Below the pieces are notes generated by a model. It did not search any database. It saw only the letters and a list, made by a program, of their open reading frames with translations, and was not told where the DNA came from. Of a stretch of 44,774 nucleotides of DNA, positions 1 to 10,033 are shown piece by piece. Within the stretch, counting starts at the first letter, position 1, and the number at the start of each line of letters is the position of its first letter. The DNA is from Oscillospiraceae bacterium (GTDB lineage Bacteria; Bacillota; Clostridia; Oscillospirales; UBA929), in assembly GCA_031255175.1 (NCBI GenBank), contig JAIRTA010000058.1, positions 1 through 44,774 on the forward strand. The letters run 5' to 3'. The position numbers were made by a program, and so were the translations under genes.

Positions 1-1
1 A

Positions 2-142
2 CGGAACCGCGACATCGATAATCTTTGTGTTAAACGTGACCGTGTACTCGTCGGCCGCGTACACAGGCGCGGGCAAAATGCTGAGCATCAACGCCACGGC
101 AAGAAGCCCCGCAAGCGGTGTGCGCAATTTCTTTGACATCAT
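2..142 (-). CDS. 5' part of a secreted protein (runs off the window edge)
   Basis: Not in the ORF track; read by hand as MMSKKLRTPLAGLLAVALMLSILPAPVYA-ADEYTVTFNTKIIDVAVP. Sec signal peptide with a VYA cleavage site and a purine-rich RBS (GAGGAAGGAAAG) upstream. Confidence 0.75.
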   Translation of the reverse strand, partial: MMSKKLRTPLAGLLAVALMLSILPAPVYAADEYTVTFNTKIIDVAVP

Positions 143-354
143 AGTACGCTCACTTTCCTTCCTCTTTCATTTGCTTTCTATCATATTTTGTTCACGCCGC
201 GTTTTTCCCTTGCTTTCTGTCTGCATCCATCATCTCCTCACAAAGGGTCCATTCAAAATTTACCCAAATACGGACTCTGGAGATCTTTGCGTAGAAGTTG
301 GACGGGCTGCCGTGATCGTCTCCCCCTTTCGTCGGCATGTAGCGTCTGCTCCAT

Positions 355-1164
355 CTAAAAGTCTGTATCATACTCCCACGGCTGGCCACCGCAGACACAA
401 CCACCATCAACGCGGTATTCACAGCCGGTGATGTAGGACGAAGCGTCCGAGGCGAGCAGCAGGCACACGCCCGCGATGTCCGCCGGATAGCCGGGACGGC
501 CCAGTGCGATACGGTTGAGAAGGTATTCACTGCGCCCCGGATGCGCCCACGTCGCAGTTGTGAGGTCCGTTTTGATGTGCCCTGGGCTGATGCAATTGGC
601 GCGGATGTTGTACTTTGCCCATTCCACTGCCATAGAGCGCGTCAACGAAAGTAATCCGCATTTTGTTGCGCCGTAAACGGAACACCCGCCGAGAATAGGC
701 CCCGTATTGTGCGAACCGATGTTGATGATGTTTCCGTACCTTTTTTCCTTCATATAAGGCGCGACAGCCTGCGAAACAAAGAATGCACCTTTGAGGTTGA
801 TCGCCATGATTTTATCGTAGGTGACCTCCTCAACATCGACAAGTCCTTCACGTTTGTTGACCCCCGCGCAGTTTACGAGGATATCGATTCCTCCATACTC
901 GGCGGCGACGGCCCTTGTCGCCGTCTCGATGCTCTCGCGCTTTGTCACATCAAGAACAACAGCCACCGCTCTGCCGCCCATGTCTTCAATGAGTTTTTTA
1001 CGCTTGTCCAACGCATCGACGTTTATGTCGCACAGAGCAACAGCCGCACCCGCACCCGCCAGCGCGGAGGCAAGTTCCCCACCGATACCGCCGCCCGCTC
1101 CCGTAAATAGGACGGTTCTGCCCTCAAGCGAAAACATTTTGAGCAAATTTTCTGCTATACCCAT
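355..1164 (-). CDS. SDR family NAD(P)-dependent oxidoreductase, gluconate 5-dehydrogenase/KduD-like
   Basis: TGAGGGIG Rossmann motif, NCAG, catalytic YGATK, C-terminal YITG..VDGG; start MGIAENLL at 1164 with GGAAGGA RBS. Confidence 0.9.
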   Translation of the reverse strand: MGIAENLLKMFSLEGRTVLFTGAGGGIGGELASALAGAGAAVALCDINVDALDKRKKLIEDMGGRAVAVVLDVTKRESIETATRAVAAEYGGIDILVNCAGVNKREGLVDVEEVTYDKIMAINLKGAFFVSQAVAPYMKEKRYGNIINIGSHNTGPILGGCSVYGATKCGLLSLTRSMAVEWAKYNIRANCISPGHIKTDLTTATWAHPGRSEYLLNRIALGRPGYPADIAGVCLLLASDASSYITGCEYRVDGGCVCGGQPWEYDTDF

Positions 1165-1234
1165 TCTATGATCCTTCCCCGGACGGAGACATCCGCCAAG
1201 CGGCCTTCGCGCATACGTCGTCTTCCGTCGATTT

Positions 1235-2119
1235 TTATTTTCCGATTTTGGTGCCCGACACCTTCGCGTAATATTTCGCCAGTGCACTGTGATCGTCCTG
1301 GCCACAACCGTCGGCGTGCAGCGTTTGCAACATTTCCATTACCGACGCGGTGAGCGGCAGCGGCGAACCCACGCCGTGACCCGTATCAAGCGCGTTGCCG
1401 AGGTCTTTGATGTGCAGATCGATTTTGAACCCCGGTTTGAAATTACCGTCAAATATCATGGGAGACTTCGCGTTCATAACAGTTGACCCGGCAAGCCCGC
1501 CTTTAATCGCTTCAAAAACGAGAACGGGGTCTACGCCTGCTTTTTTGGCCAGCGTATACGCCTCCGCAACAGCCGCGATGTGAATGGCAACGACAATCTG
1601 GTTGGCGAGCTTTGTCGTGTTTCCCGCGCCGATTTTCCCGCAATATACAACACTCGACCCCATGTGAGACAGTATGGGCTTGACACTTTCAACAACGGTC
1701 GTGTCGCCTCCAGCCATAATGGCGAGCGTTCCGTCTATTGCCTTTGGTTCGCCGCCTGAAACTGGCGCGTCTATCATTTTTACGCCTTTTTCGGCGCAAA
1801 TTTTTTCGACTTCAACAGAAGCAAGCGGAGCAATAGAAGACATATCAACGAGAATGAGTCCGGGCTTCGCGCCTTCGAGAACACCGCCCGCGCCGCAGAC
1901 CACCGCCTTGACATGCGGAGAATTCGGTAACATTGTGATCACGACATCAGAAACTGCACTTACATCTTTCGCAGACGTACCCGCCTTTGCACCGGCCGCA
2001 ACGACATCGTCTACATTTTCTTTTACAATGTCGAATACTGTCAACTCATACCCCGCTTTAAGCAGATTCTTCGCCATAGGTTTGCCCATAATTCCAAGTC
2101 CGATAAATCCTATTTTCAT
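1235..2119 (-). CDS. garR: 2-hydroxy-3-oxopropionate (tartronate semialdehyde) reductase
   Basis: MKIGFIGLGIMGKPMAKNLLKAG, VITMLPNSPHVK, DAPVSGGEPKAIDGTL, KLANQ, FKPGFKIDLHIKDL and DHSALAKYY all match E. coli GarR signature stretches; GGAGG RBS. Confidence 0.92.
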   Translation of the reverse strand: MKIGFIGLGIMGKPMAKNLLKAGYELTVFDIVKENVDDVVAAGAKAGTSAKDVSAVSDVVITMLPNSPHVKAVVCGAGGVLEGAKPGLILVDMSSIAPLASVEVEKICAEKGVKMIDAPVSGGEPKAIDGTLAIMAGGDTTVVESVKPILSHMGSSVVYCGKIGAGNTTKLANQIVVAIHIAAVAEAYTLAKKAGVDPVLVFEAIKGGLAGSTVMNAKSPMIFDGNFKPGFKIDLHIKDLGNALDTGHGVGSPLPLTASVMEMLQTLHADGCGQDDHSALAKYYAKVSGTKIGK

Positions 2120-2166
2120 CTTAAACCTCCATAAATAATGAGATTTTTCTCTTCGGTCCACTTTGT

Positions 2167-3090
2167 CTATTTTATTGCCAAAACTGCTTTGACAATATGT
2201 TCTTTTGTAATGCCAAAATGTTCGAGCAACTCATTGTAATTATGCGCGCTGCAACCAAAGGTATCTTCAATGCCAACAAACTCAATCGGCTTGCGGGATT
2301 TGCGCAGCACTTCCGCAACCGCGCCGCCAAGCCCGCCGATTACGCTATGCTCTTCCGCTGTGACAACGGCCTTGCAATCGGCAGCAAGCGCAATGATTTT
2401 TTCGTTGTTGAGCGGTTTGATCGTGCTGACATTGACAACCTTAACAGAAACTTTCCCTTCAAGCGCTTCCGCCGCTGCGAGAGCGAGACTTACCGCGTAA
2501 CCCGTTGCAAACACAACAACCTCCTTACCCTCCTTGATCACAAAAGGCTCACCGATTTTGAACGGCTTTCCCTCAGGGGTGACATTGGGATAATCGTTGC
2601 GATTGATGCGCAAATAAACAGGGCCGTTGTAATCTGCTATCACCCGTGTCGCTTCCACCGCTTCGTTGGCGTCGGCCGGGTTGACTACGACCATATTGGG
2701 AATAGCCCGCATAATCGCTATGTCCTCAACGCTTTGATGCGTCGCGCCGTCGCCGAAGTCGGAAAGTCCAGCGGATGAACCAACGATTTTTACATTGAGT
2801 TTTCCTATCGCGATGGTCTGTCGTATCTGATCGTAGGCGCGCCCTGCCGCAAATACGGCGAAGGTGTTGGCAAAGGGAATCTTGCCCATCTGGGCGAGTC
2901 CCGCCGCGACCGAAGTCATATTCGCTTCCGCGATCCCCATTTCAAGATGACGCTCCGGATACGCGAGTTCAAAAAGTTTCCCCATGGTAGACCCGCCCAA
3001 GTCGGCGTCGAGTACAAAGATGTTTTTATTCTCTTCACCGAGTGCCACAAGCGTTTCGCCATATGCCGTTCTTTGGTTCACATAGCTCAT
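2167..3090 (-). CDS. Transketolase, C-terminal (pyrimidine-binding) subunit of a split transketolase
   Basis: GIAEANM, DGATHQSVED, GPVYLR, VTAEEHSVIGGLG; start MSYVNQ at 3090. Confidence 0.92.
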   Translation of the reverse strand: MSYVNQRTAYGETLVALGEENKNIFVLDADLGGSTMGKLFELAYPERHLEMGIAEANMTSVAAGLAQMGKIPFANTFAVFAAGRAYDQIRQTIAIGKLNVKIVGSSAGLSDFGDGATHQSVEDIAIMRAIPNMVVVNPADANEAVEATRVIADYNGPVYLRINRNDYPNVTPEGKPFKIGEPFVIKEGKEVVVFATGYAVSLALAAAEALEGKVSVKVVNVSTIKPLNNEKIIALAADCKAVVTAEEHSVIGGLGGAVAEVLRKSRKPIEFVGIEDTFGCSAHNYNELLEHFGITKEHIVKAVLAIK

Positions 3091-3103
3091 TGTCAATCCC
3101 CCC

Positions 3104-3931
3104 TTACGCTTCAAGCTCATCGAGAGCCTTCCGGTATGTTTCATTCGTCAGAATGCCGTTGTGGAAGCCCACGACGCCTTCGGCAAAGCTGATACCCCTG
3201 CCTTTGATTGTGTGTGCGACAATCACTGTCGGCTGCCCTTCGACTTCGTCGGCAGCGTCGAGCGCGGTGAGAATTTCCCTTATGTCGTGCCCGTCTATCT
3301 CCATGACATTCCAACCAAAGGCTTTCCATTTTTCGGGCAGGGGATTCGTGTCAAAGCGTTCGCAGATCTTGCCCTGTGCTTGCAATGTGTTCTGATCGAC
3401 GATCGCCACAAGGTTATCCGCTTTGAAAACCTTCGCTGCCATAGCCGCTTCCCAAATCTGACCTTCGGCGATTTCACCATCTCCGCAGATCACATAGACC
3501 TTCGCGGGAATTTTGTCTTCTTTCAGTCCGATCGCCATGCCAAGTCCGATGGAAAGTCCCTGCCCAAGAGAGCCCGTTCCCGCTTCAATTCCGGGTGTTT
3601 TGAGAACGTCGGGATGTCCTTGCAGTATAGAACCGATCCCCTTTGTGTGCGCAAGTTCGTCAACAGGAAAATACCCCGCTTCCGCAAGCGCCGAATACTG
3701 CAATATCGCTGCGTGCCCCTTGCTGAGCAGAAAACGATCGCGGTCAGGTTTCTCCGGATTTTGGGGATCGTGATTCATTTTGTGAAAATATAAGGCCGCG
3801 ACTATGTCTGCGGCGGAACCTGAACCGCCGAGATGCCCTGCGTTGCCGATTCCCATACTGATTACCACATCGCGGCGCAGGGTTTGTGCCTTCGCCTTGA
3901 TAGCATCTAACAATTCCTGTGGATAGTCCAT
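3104..3931 (-). CDS. Transketolase, N-terminal (ThDP-binding) subunit of a split transketolase
   Basis: GHLGG, DRFLLSKGHA, QGHP, TGSLGQG, ThDP motif GDGE...N, TIKGRG; GGAGG RBS. Confidence 0.93.
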   Translation of the reverse strand: MDYPQELLDAIKAKAQTLRRDVVISMGIGNAGHLGGSGSAADIVAALYFHKMNHDPQNPEKPDRDRFLLSKGHAAILQYSALAEAGYFPVDELAHTKGIGSILQGHPDVLKTPGIEAGTGSLGQGLSIGLGMAIGLKEDKIPAKVYVICGDGEIAEGQIWEAAMAAKVFKADNLVAIVDQNTLQAQGKICERFDTNPLPEKWKAFGWNVMEIDGHDIREILTALDAADEVEGQPTVIVAHTIKGRGISFAEGVVGFHNGILTNETYRKALDELEA

Positions 3932-4043
3932 AAAATCAACCTCCGTTTCGTCAACACGATCCGCAATAGTATAGTTTGGGTGTCAAAAGTCTCGCCCGTT
4001 GCTTTCCGGGAATTTAAAATTGTGTTCTTGCAGATATTGACTT

Positions 4044-4760
4044 TTAAATTCCCAAATACGCCTTGCGTATATCGGGATTAACCAGCAGTTTCGCGCTATT
4101 GTCGGCCATGACAACTTTGCCTGTTTCGAGGACATAACCTCTGTCGGCAATTTGCAGCGCCTTGACAAGATTTTGTTCAATAATGAGCATCGACGAGCCG
4201 TTGTCTTTCATCCTTTTTAGAATACGAAAAACCTCGTCCACAACGATAGGCGCCAACCCGAGCGACGGTTCATCCAGGATGAGGAGTCGAGGTTCCATCA
4301 TCATTGCACGCCCAATCGCAAGCATCTGCTGCTGGCCGCCCGACAAAGTACCGGCGAGATATTTTTCCCTCTCTTTGAGAATCGGGAACGCATCAAAAAC
4401 CGCTTTTAACAGTTCCTGCCGTTTTGACTTTGTACGCTTTGTGTAAGAGCCGAGAATGAGATTGTCTGTTACAGAAAGATTGCTAAGGATTCCGCGCCCT
4501 TGCGGAATGTGAGCAACACCCATTTCGGCGCGAGAATAGGTGGGTTTTGACGCGAGATCGCTGTCAAACCAGGCAATCGAACCCGACTGAATCTTCACCT
4601 CACCCGATATTGTGCGAAGGATAGTCGTTTTGCCCGCGCCATTAGAGCCGACAAGCGCTACAACTTCTCCTTCGTCCACCGAAAGGCTGACATCAAAGAG
4701 GATCTTCAGGTCGCCGTAACCGGCGCAGACCTTTTCGAGCTTAAGCATTTCCAAATACAT
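4044..4760 (-). CDS. livF: Liv/HAAT-type ABC transporter ATP-binding protein (LivF-like)
   Basis: Walker A GSNGAGKT, LSGGQQQ, LDEPSLGLAP, C-terminal AYLG. Confidence 0.9.
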   Translation of the reverse strand: MYLEMLKLEKVCAGYGDLKILFDVSLSVDEGEVVALVGSNGAGKTTILRTISGEVKIQSGSIAWFDSDLASKPTYSRAEMGVAHIPQGRGILSNLSVTDNLILGSYTKRTKSKRQELLKAVFDAFPILKEREKYLAGTLSGGQQQMLAIGRAMMMEPRLLILDEPSLGLAPIVVDEVFRILKRMKDNGSSMLIIEQNLVKALQIADRGYVLETGKVVMADNSAKLLVNPDIRKAYLGI

Positions 4761-4833
4761 TCCACTCCATCTTCTTCGGAATTCTCACACGATCTCTCAC
4801 TGTCTGTCTCCGAAACATTCAGATCCCGCATCC

Positions 4834-5586
4834 TCATCGGTAATCTTCCCCCAAGTAGGCCCTGATAACTTCGGGTTTTTTCATGACCTCAAGGGGGTTT
4901 CCCTCTGTCATAAAGTGACCTTCTTCCATAACGACTACTCTGCCGCACAGTTTGGTCACGGCGGACATAACGTGTTCGATAAACAGAACGGTTATGCCCT
5001 GCTTGTTAATCTTGCGGACCATGTCCAAGCTTGTTTCCATCTCGCCCGGAGTAAGCCCCGCGAGACACTCGTCAAGCATCAGAAGCCTCGGGCGTGTGGC
5101 AAGCACACGCGCCATGTCGAGCCACTTGCGTTTTTCAATAGGCAGTTTGGTGCATTTCTGTTCCGCAATGTCATCGAACTGCACGAACTTCACAATCTCT
5201 TCCGCCGCTCTATACGCTTCTTTGAGCGTGCGATTATACAACATGGCGATCGTGTAAATGTTTTCAAACACTGTCAGATCCGCGAAGGGTTTTGGCGTCT
5301 GAAACGTCCTTCCCATGCCCAGTTTTACCCTATCGGGTACAGATTGTCCTCTGAGTTCAACCGTGCCACCATCGTCGTTGTAATAGATGATCTCTCCTTT
5401 GTCGTGGATATAAACACCTGTTATCAGGTTGACGGACGTACTCTTGCCACAACCATTCGGTCCAATAAGTCCAAGGATCTCTCCCTCGTATACACAAAAG
5501 CTCAAATCGTTGATAGCATGTACGCCCCCGAAAGACTTATCCACATTTTTCAGTTCGATTATTTTTTTATAGCCTTCAGGCAACAT
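4834..5586 (-). CDS. livG: Liv/HAAT-type ABC transporter ATP-binding protein (LivG-like)
   Basis: [32 protein letters not shown]; ATG at 5586 after GGAGGTGA. Confidence 0.9.
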   Translation of the reverse strand: MLPEGYKKIIELKNVDKSFGGVHAINDLSFCVYEGEILGLIGPNGCGKSTSVNLITGVYIHDKGEIIYYNDDGGTVELRGQSVPDRVKLGMGRTFQTPKPFADLTVFENIYTIAMLYNRTLKEAYRAAEEIVKFVQFDDIAEQKCTKLPIEKRKWLDMARVLATRPRLLMLDECLAGLTPGEMETSLDMVRKINKQGITVLFIEHVMSAVTKLCGRVVVMEEGHFMTEGNPLEVMKKPEVIRAYLGEDYR

Positions 5587-6628
5587 TGTCACCTCCAACC
5601 GCTTTTTTGGAGACGAACCTCGCCTTGATATCGTCAATAATCGAAACGATGCCGTTGGGTTTAAAGAGCACCATTACCACGATCAACAGACCGTAAAGTG
5701 CCCAACCCGCACCACCGCCGCCAAAGCCTTGCAAGTAGGCATTGGAAAGTTCCAGCAGGGGTATCGTGATGAGCGCGCCGACTGTCGGTCCCCAAATTGT
5801 GCCCATGCCGCCAAGGATCGCCACTATGCCGATGCGCACCGACATGTCTTGCGACGCCAACGTGTTTGGGTCGGCAAAACCTGTCTTAAAAACATAGAGC
5901 ATCCCTGTAAACGCCATAATCGCCGAACTGATAATGAATGCCTGCAATTTTACGTTCCGCGATTTCATTCCCAGTGATTCCGCCGCGTCCTGATCTTCAC
6001 AAATAGCTCTCAGATAATACCCGAGCTTGTGGCTATCGATGTACATGATGACGAGCGTAGTAAAAATCATCCATATAAACGCTACGAAATAGAAAGGAAT
6101 ATCCGTGTCGAAATGCAACCCCCAAAGTGTGTTGCCGCTGCGAATTTTAAAAGTGAGGCCGAGCGAACCACCCGTGAAGCGTTCGTAGTAAATCAACAAC
6201 TGTCGCCAAATTGTCGTACAGGCAATGGTTGCTATAGAGAAGAACACTCCGCGAAACCTAAAACACGGCCAGCCGATGACTACGGCGAATAAAATGGCAA
6301 TGGCAACTCCGAGCCACACACTCAACCAGGGGGAAATGCCAAGCGCGGGGATTATTTTTCCGCCTGCCTGCCCGGAACCGGCAAATAGCATAATGCTGGT
6401 ATACGCGCCAATCGAGAAAAAGGTCGATGAGGCCCACGAGGTCTGTTTTCCGTATCCGCCGATGATATTCCAGGCGTTTCCCAGCGCGGCGAAGAAGAAT
6501 ACTTCCATAAGCACACGCGTGAGATATGTCCTGCTTATCACAAATGGAAAAATTAGGCAAATAAGGATGAATATCAGTGCGACAGGATGTTTTTTGATGC
6601 TTGTTAAACTGAAGATATTCTTAATCAT
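5576..6628 (-). CDS. livM: Liv/HAAT-type ABC transporter permease (LivM-like)
   Basis: Multi-TM protein with WNIIGGYG, LRAICEDQDAAESLG, LGGMGTIWGP. Confidence 0.88.
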   Translation of the reverse strand: MIKNIFSLTSIKKHPVALIFILICLIFPFVISRTYLTRVLMEVFFFAALGNAWNIIGGYGKQTSWASSTFFSIGAYTSIMLFAGSGQAGGKIIPALGISPWLSVWLGVAIAILFAVVIGWPCFRFRGVFFSIATIACTTIWRQLLIYYERFTGGSLGLTFKIRSGNTLWGLHFDTDIPFYFVAFIWMIFTTLVIMYIDSHKLGYYLRAICEDQDAAESLGMKSRNVKLQAFIISSAIMAFTGMLYVFKTGFADPNTLASQDMSVRIGIVAILGGMGTIWGPTVGALITIPLLELSNAYLQGFGGGGAGWALYGLLIVVMVLFKPNGIVSIIDDIKARFVSKKAVGGDNVA

Positions 6629-7503
6629 TACGACGCACGTCCTTCCTTTCCGAAAAGTCCGTACGGTCTGAATATCAACACCAGCATCAGCACGACGTTG
6701 ATCGCCGCCTGGGCCAGAAGCACGCCGGCGTATGAGCTTGCCAACGATTCAACCAGCCCGATAATCAGCCCGCCGACAAGTGCACCCTTGATGTTACCCA
6801 GTCCGCCGAGCACCATTGCGGACATTGCTATGGTGGAAAACTGCGCGCCCACTTTGGGTGAAAGCAGGAAGATCGGCGAGATTAGCAACCCGGAAATCCC
6901 TGCGAACACAGTCCCCATAGCAAACGCTGTTATAAAGACAGTACCTGTCTTTATCCCGAGGGATTCAGCCACAACGCGATTCTCACTGGTCGCCCTCATG
7001 GCCCTACCGATATCGGTTGAACTGAGAAACCAATTGACAAATACAGCAAACACCGCCGCCGCCGCAAACGCGATAACTCTCGCTGTAGAAAGCGAGACAC
7101 TTCCAAGCGCGATCGCCCCGTTGCGGAGCTGTTCGGACACGGCCACGCTCTTGAAGTCGGGTCCGAAAATGAGCTGGATAAGGTTTTGTATGATGTAAGA
7201 CAACCCTATCGTCAGCAATATATAGTTGCTGTCACCCTTGCCAATGACCTTCTTAATGGTGCTGGAAAAGAAGATACAGCCCGCGAGATACATTGCCGCA
7301 CCTACCGGCACAAGCAGCCAGTAGGGTAAGCTCCCCTGCGGCATAAGTGAGTACATTGCGTACGTAAAGTAAAGCCCCATAGCCAGAAAGTCGCCTTGAG
7401 CGAAATTGACTATTTTCATCACGCCGTGGATCATCGTTATGCCCACGGCAACCAGCGAATACACGCCGCCGATTAACAACCCGTTGATGATGACCTGAAG
7501 CAT
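6628..7503 (-). CDS. livH: Liv/HAAT-type ABC transporter permease (LivH-like)
   Basis: NGLLIGGVYSLVAVG, VNFAQG, GRAMRATSEN, LGGLGNIKGA, RPYGLFG. Confidence 0.9.
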   Translation of the reverse strand: MLQVIINGLLIGGVYSLVAVGITMIHGVMKIVNFAQGDFLAMGLYFTYAMYSLMPQGSLPYWLLVPVGAAMYLAGCIFFSSTIKKVIGKGDSNYILLTIGLSYIIQNLIQLIFGPDFKSVAVSEQLRNGAIALGSVSLSTARVIAFAAAAVFAVFVNWFLSSTDIGRAMRATSENRVVAESLGIKTGTVFITAFAMGTVFAGISGLLISPIFLLSPKVGAQFSTIAMSAMVLGGLGNIKGALVGGLIIGLVESLASSYAGVLLAQAAINVVLMLVLIFRPYGLFGKEGRAS

Positions 7504-7623
7504 CTTCTATCATTCTCCTCCTTGTGGAGGTGATTTTCCCAGCATGCGATACGCAGCCGGAACAAGTCGCAACACAGCGGGATTCACTGTCGGAATTACA
7601 TACCGCCGGTCGCCGTTAAATTG

Positions 7624-7666
7624 TTCCTTGCGTACGGGTGCGCGGCGCGCGCCCGTACGCAAGGAA
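7624..7666 (-). terminator. Strong stem-loop after the substrate-binding protein gene (mRNA stabiliser or partial terminator)
   Basis: TTCCTTGCGTACGGG...CCCGTACGCAAGGAA inverted repeat directly 3' of the SBP stop; no clear U-tract. Confidence 0.55.
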
Positions 7667-7678
7667 TTCCATTTTCGA

Positions 7679-9013
7679 TTAGAAAGGCTGCATAGTGTCT
7701 GGGTTGAGCAACACGCCCGTCGCAAATTCCTGCGGATACACGCTCGTGGGCTTGCCGTTTTGCCACTGCAGGATGATGGCGCGGGAATCGGTGTTCAGAC
7801 CTGTCGTGTCGTCAAAGTCACCGTAGCCGTTGATGATACCAAACCATTGGCTGTTGTCTTTGTTGAGCTTGCGAAGCTCGTCGCGAACCGCGATCGGATC
7901 GTCGGATTGCGCGTTTTCAACTGCCTCATACGCAAGCATAATTGAGAAAAGCGTCGGCCCGCCTTGTCCCGCAAGAAATTCGTTGTTCTTTTCTTCGTAG
8001 TAGGCGTTCATTTCCATCCAGCCGGCGTTCTCGACAGCACCCTTTTGGTCCCAGCACCAAGCGTCGACGGACGTAAGCCCGTTCACATTGTCTCCGAGAT
8101 CTTTGTAGAGAGACGGCCAGGTCATCGCCGCGCCGCCGCCGATTACGAGCGGGTGATAATTCAGTGTGTTCATGGCCGTGAAGATAAGTTTGAGATCGTT
8201 CGGATACGCACTCGGAAGAATGACGTCGACGCCCGCGTTCTGGATCTTTGTGATCAGCGGGGTCGCGTCTGTAAACGAACTCCCCTCATACCCTTCATCG
8301 GAGACAAGGTTGAGCCCACGCTCCACAACTTGTGTACGCGTATTGTTGGACTGGTCTGTGCCCCAGGCGTCATTGGAATAGAGGAGCCCGAGCTTCAGAT
8401 CTTTGATATCTTTGCCGGTGAGCTTCGCGTATTCGGCGAGGAAGTCAAGCTGCGTGGGAATGAACGAACTCGACGTGGCCGCCGGTTGGAACACAAACGA
8501 ACATCCTTGTTCTGAAACAGCTTTGTTCGCCGCCGCACCCGTGACTGTGGGCACTTTGTACTTTTCAAGTATCGGAAGCATTGTCAGCGCGATGGACGAG
8601 TTGGAGTTGCCTATCGCACACGTATACCCGCCTGCGGAAAGAGCGCGCTCGAGAGGAAGCGTTGCCGTGGCCGCGTCGGATGTGGAGTCGAGAACCTCGA
8701 TATGAATAGGGCGCCCGCCCAAGGAGGGAAAACCGCCAAGTTTTTCGTTGATGTACCACTGTGCCGTTTCAGCTGCGAGAGTGCACTGACGGCCCGATTC
8801 GGCCGTACCACCCGATACGCAGGCATACACAAGGAATTTGACAGGATCGCCTGACGCGCCGGTGTTGCCGGCGCCATTGGCAGGTGTCGACTCATTGGGC
8901 GCCGCGGGAGTTTCCTCCCTTGGTGCCGACGGCACCGTATTGTCCCCCGAACAACCCGCTGCCACGGAAAACGCCATGATCACAACAAGGATCAACGCCA
9001 ATTTCTTTTTCAT
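7679..9013 (-). CDS. ABC transporter substrate-binding lipoprotein (Liv/periplasmic binding protein type 1 fold)
   Basis: Lipobox AAGC after a signal peptide, P/A/N/T-rich linker, NDAWG, and a C-terminal QWQNGK..VYP typical of HAAT-family SBPs; first gene of the permease/ATPase operon. Confidence 0.88.
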   Translation of the reverse strand: MKKKLALILVVIMAFSVAAGCSGDNTVPSAPREETPAAPNESTPANGAGNTGASGDPVKFLVYACVSGGTAESGRQCTLAAETAQWYINEKLGGFPSLGGRPIHIEVLDSTSDAATATLPLERALSAGGYTCAIGNSNSSIALTMLPILEKYKVPTVTGAAANKAVSEQGCSFVFQPAATSSSFIPTQLDFLAEYAKLTGKDIKDLKLGLLYSNDAWGTDQSNNTRTQVVERGLNLVSDEGYEGSSFTDATPLITKIQNAGVDVILPSAYPNDLKLIFTAMNTLNYHPLVIGGGAAMTWPSLYKDLGDNVNGLTSVDAWCWDQKGAVENAGWMEMNAYYEEKNNEFLAGQGGPTLFSIMLAYEAVENAQSDDPIAVRDELRKLNKDNSQWFGIINGYGDFDDTTGLNTDSRAIILQWQNGKPTSVYPQEFATGVLLNPDTMQPF

Positions 9014-9252
9014 AAATGCATCCCCTTTCTATCTTGCGCGACAATAGTAACAACATTGTCTACGTGTCAAAACATTCGCCCGCCGCCCGCCGGCGACTTG
9101 CTCCGTCGCATGTTCCCCGCCTCGCGGGGAGAGGGCGGCAACAGAAAATCTCCACCCCTTCTGCGACAACCGGAACCGCCACTGGTAGACTCACACTTCT
9201 TTTCCAAGTTTTCGTCTTTTCAACTTAGAATACTATATATTTTGCCTCTTAT

Positions 9253-9276
9253 AATTGATCTGACGTCAGATCAATT
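9253..9276. promoter_or_regulatory. Perfect 24-bp palindromic operator
   Basis: AATTGATCTGAC-GTCAGATCAATT, immediately downstream of the -10 box of the ABC operon promoter. Confidence 0.8.
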
Positions 9277-9283
9277 CAGCTAC

Positions 9284-9312
9284 AGTATAGCTTTGTTGCT
9301 TTCAAAAGTCAA
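9284..9312 (-). promoter_or_regulatory. Sigma-A promoter of the ABC/transketolase operon
   Basis: TTGACT (9312-9307), 17-bp spacer, TATACT (9289-9284). Confidence 0.75.
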
Positions 9313-10033
9313 TACACAGTGTGAATTTTTGTGAGCTTTTCCGTCTGTCAACATTGCACCGGACAAACCTGCCCAAGTCGGATTTAGATTTTTCAGCGAT
9401 TCTCTTCACAAAATTATCTCACACCACTCCCCTCCTTATTTCCCCGGTCTCTCGGCCACACGCCGCCCGGAGATCCCTCGGGGTGTCCGCCGCCCGCAGT
9501 CTTTCCTATCCGTCCAGGGCGAGACCATCTGCACAAACGGTCTCCACCGGCGGCCGTTTTGTCTGTACACAAAACAACTGCCCACTCCCGGATGTATCCT
9601 CTCGACCCACACAAACCCGCTGGACCGCAGGACTTTCGACGGTTTCCACACGATTTGCTATGCTATACCCTTTTGAAGCATGCCACAGACGCCAACCACT
9701 TCTTTTTTACCATATATATTTTGCAAAGTCAAGTGGTACACGTGATATTTTTTATATATTTCGATTGAATTAAACGGAAAACACGCTATAAAACGGCACT
9801 TTTGGAAATGCATTCCCTTTTCAAAGCATCTAGACGTGTCATTTTTTATTTCCATTTTATATCGTCCTCGGCGCTCTGGACAGCGTCGGATCCAGCTGGT
9901 AGAATGGGGATGCCAACCCATAGACCATCCGCTCTCTCGGGGATGCCACTGCAAGCGTCTCCTATGTCCATGAAAACGCGCCCGCCGGGCCTCATATGCC
10001 CGGCGGAGAAACACATTGAGGAGAAAGTTACAC

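Noticed and set aside
9880-9990. Repeated GGGGATGCCA and small hairpins upstream of garK as a riboswitch
   Set aside because: Only a 10-nt duplication; no recognisable aptamer consensus or expression platform.
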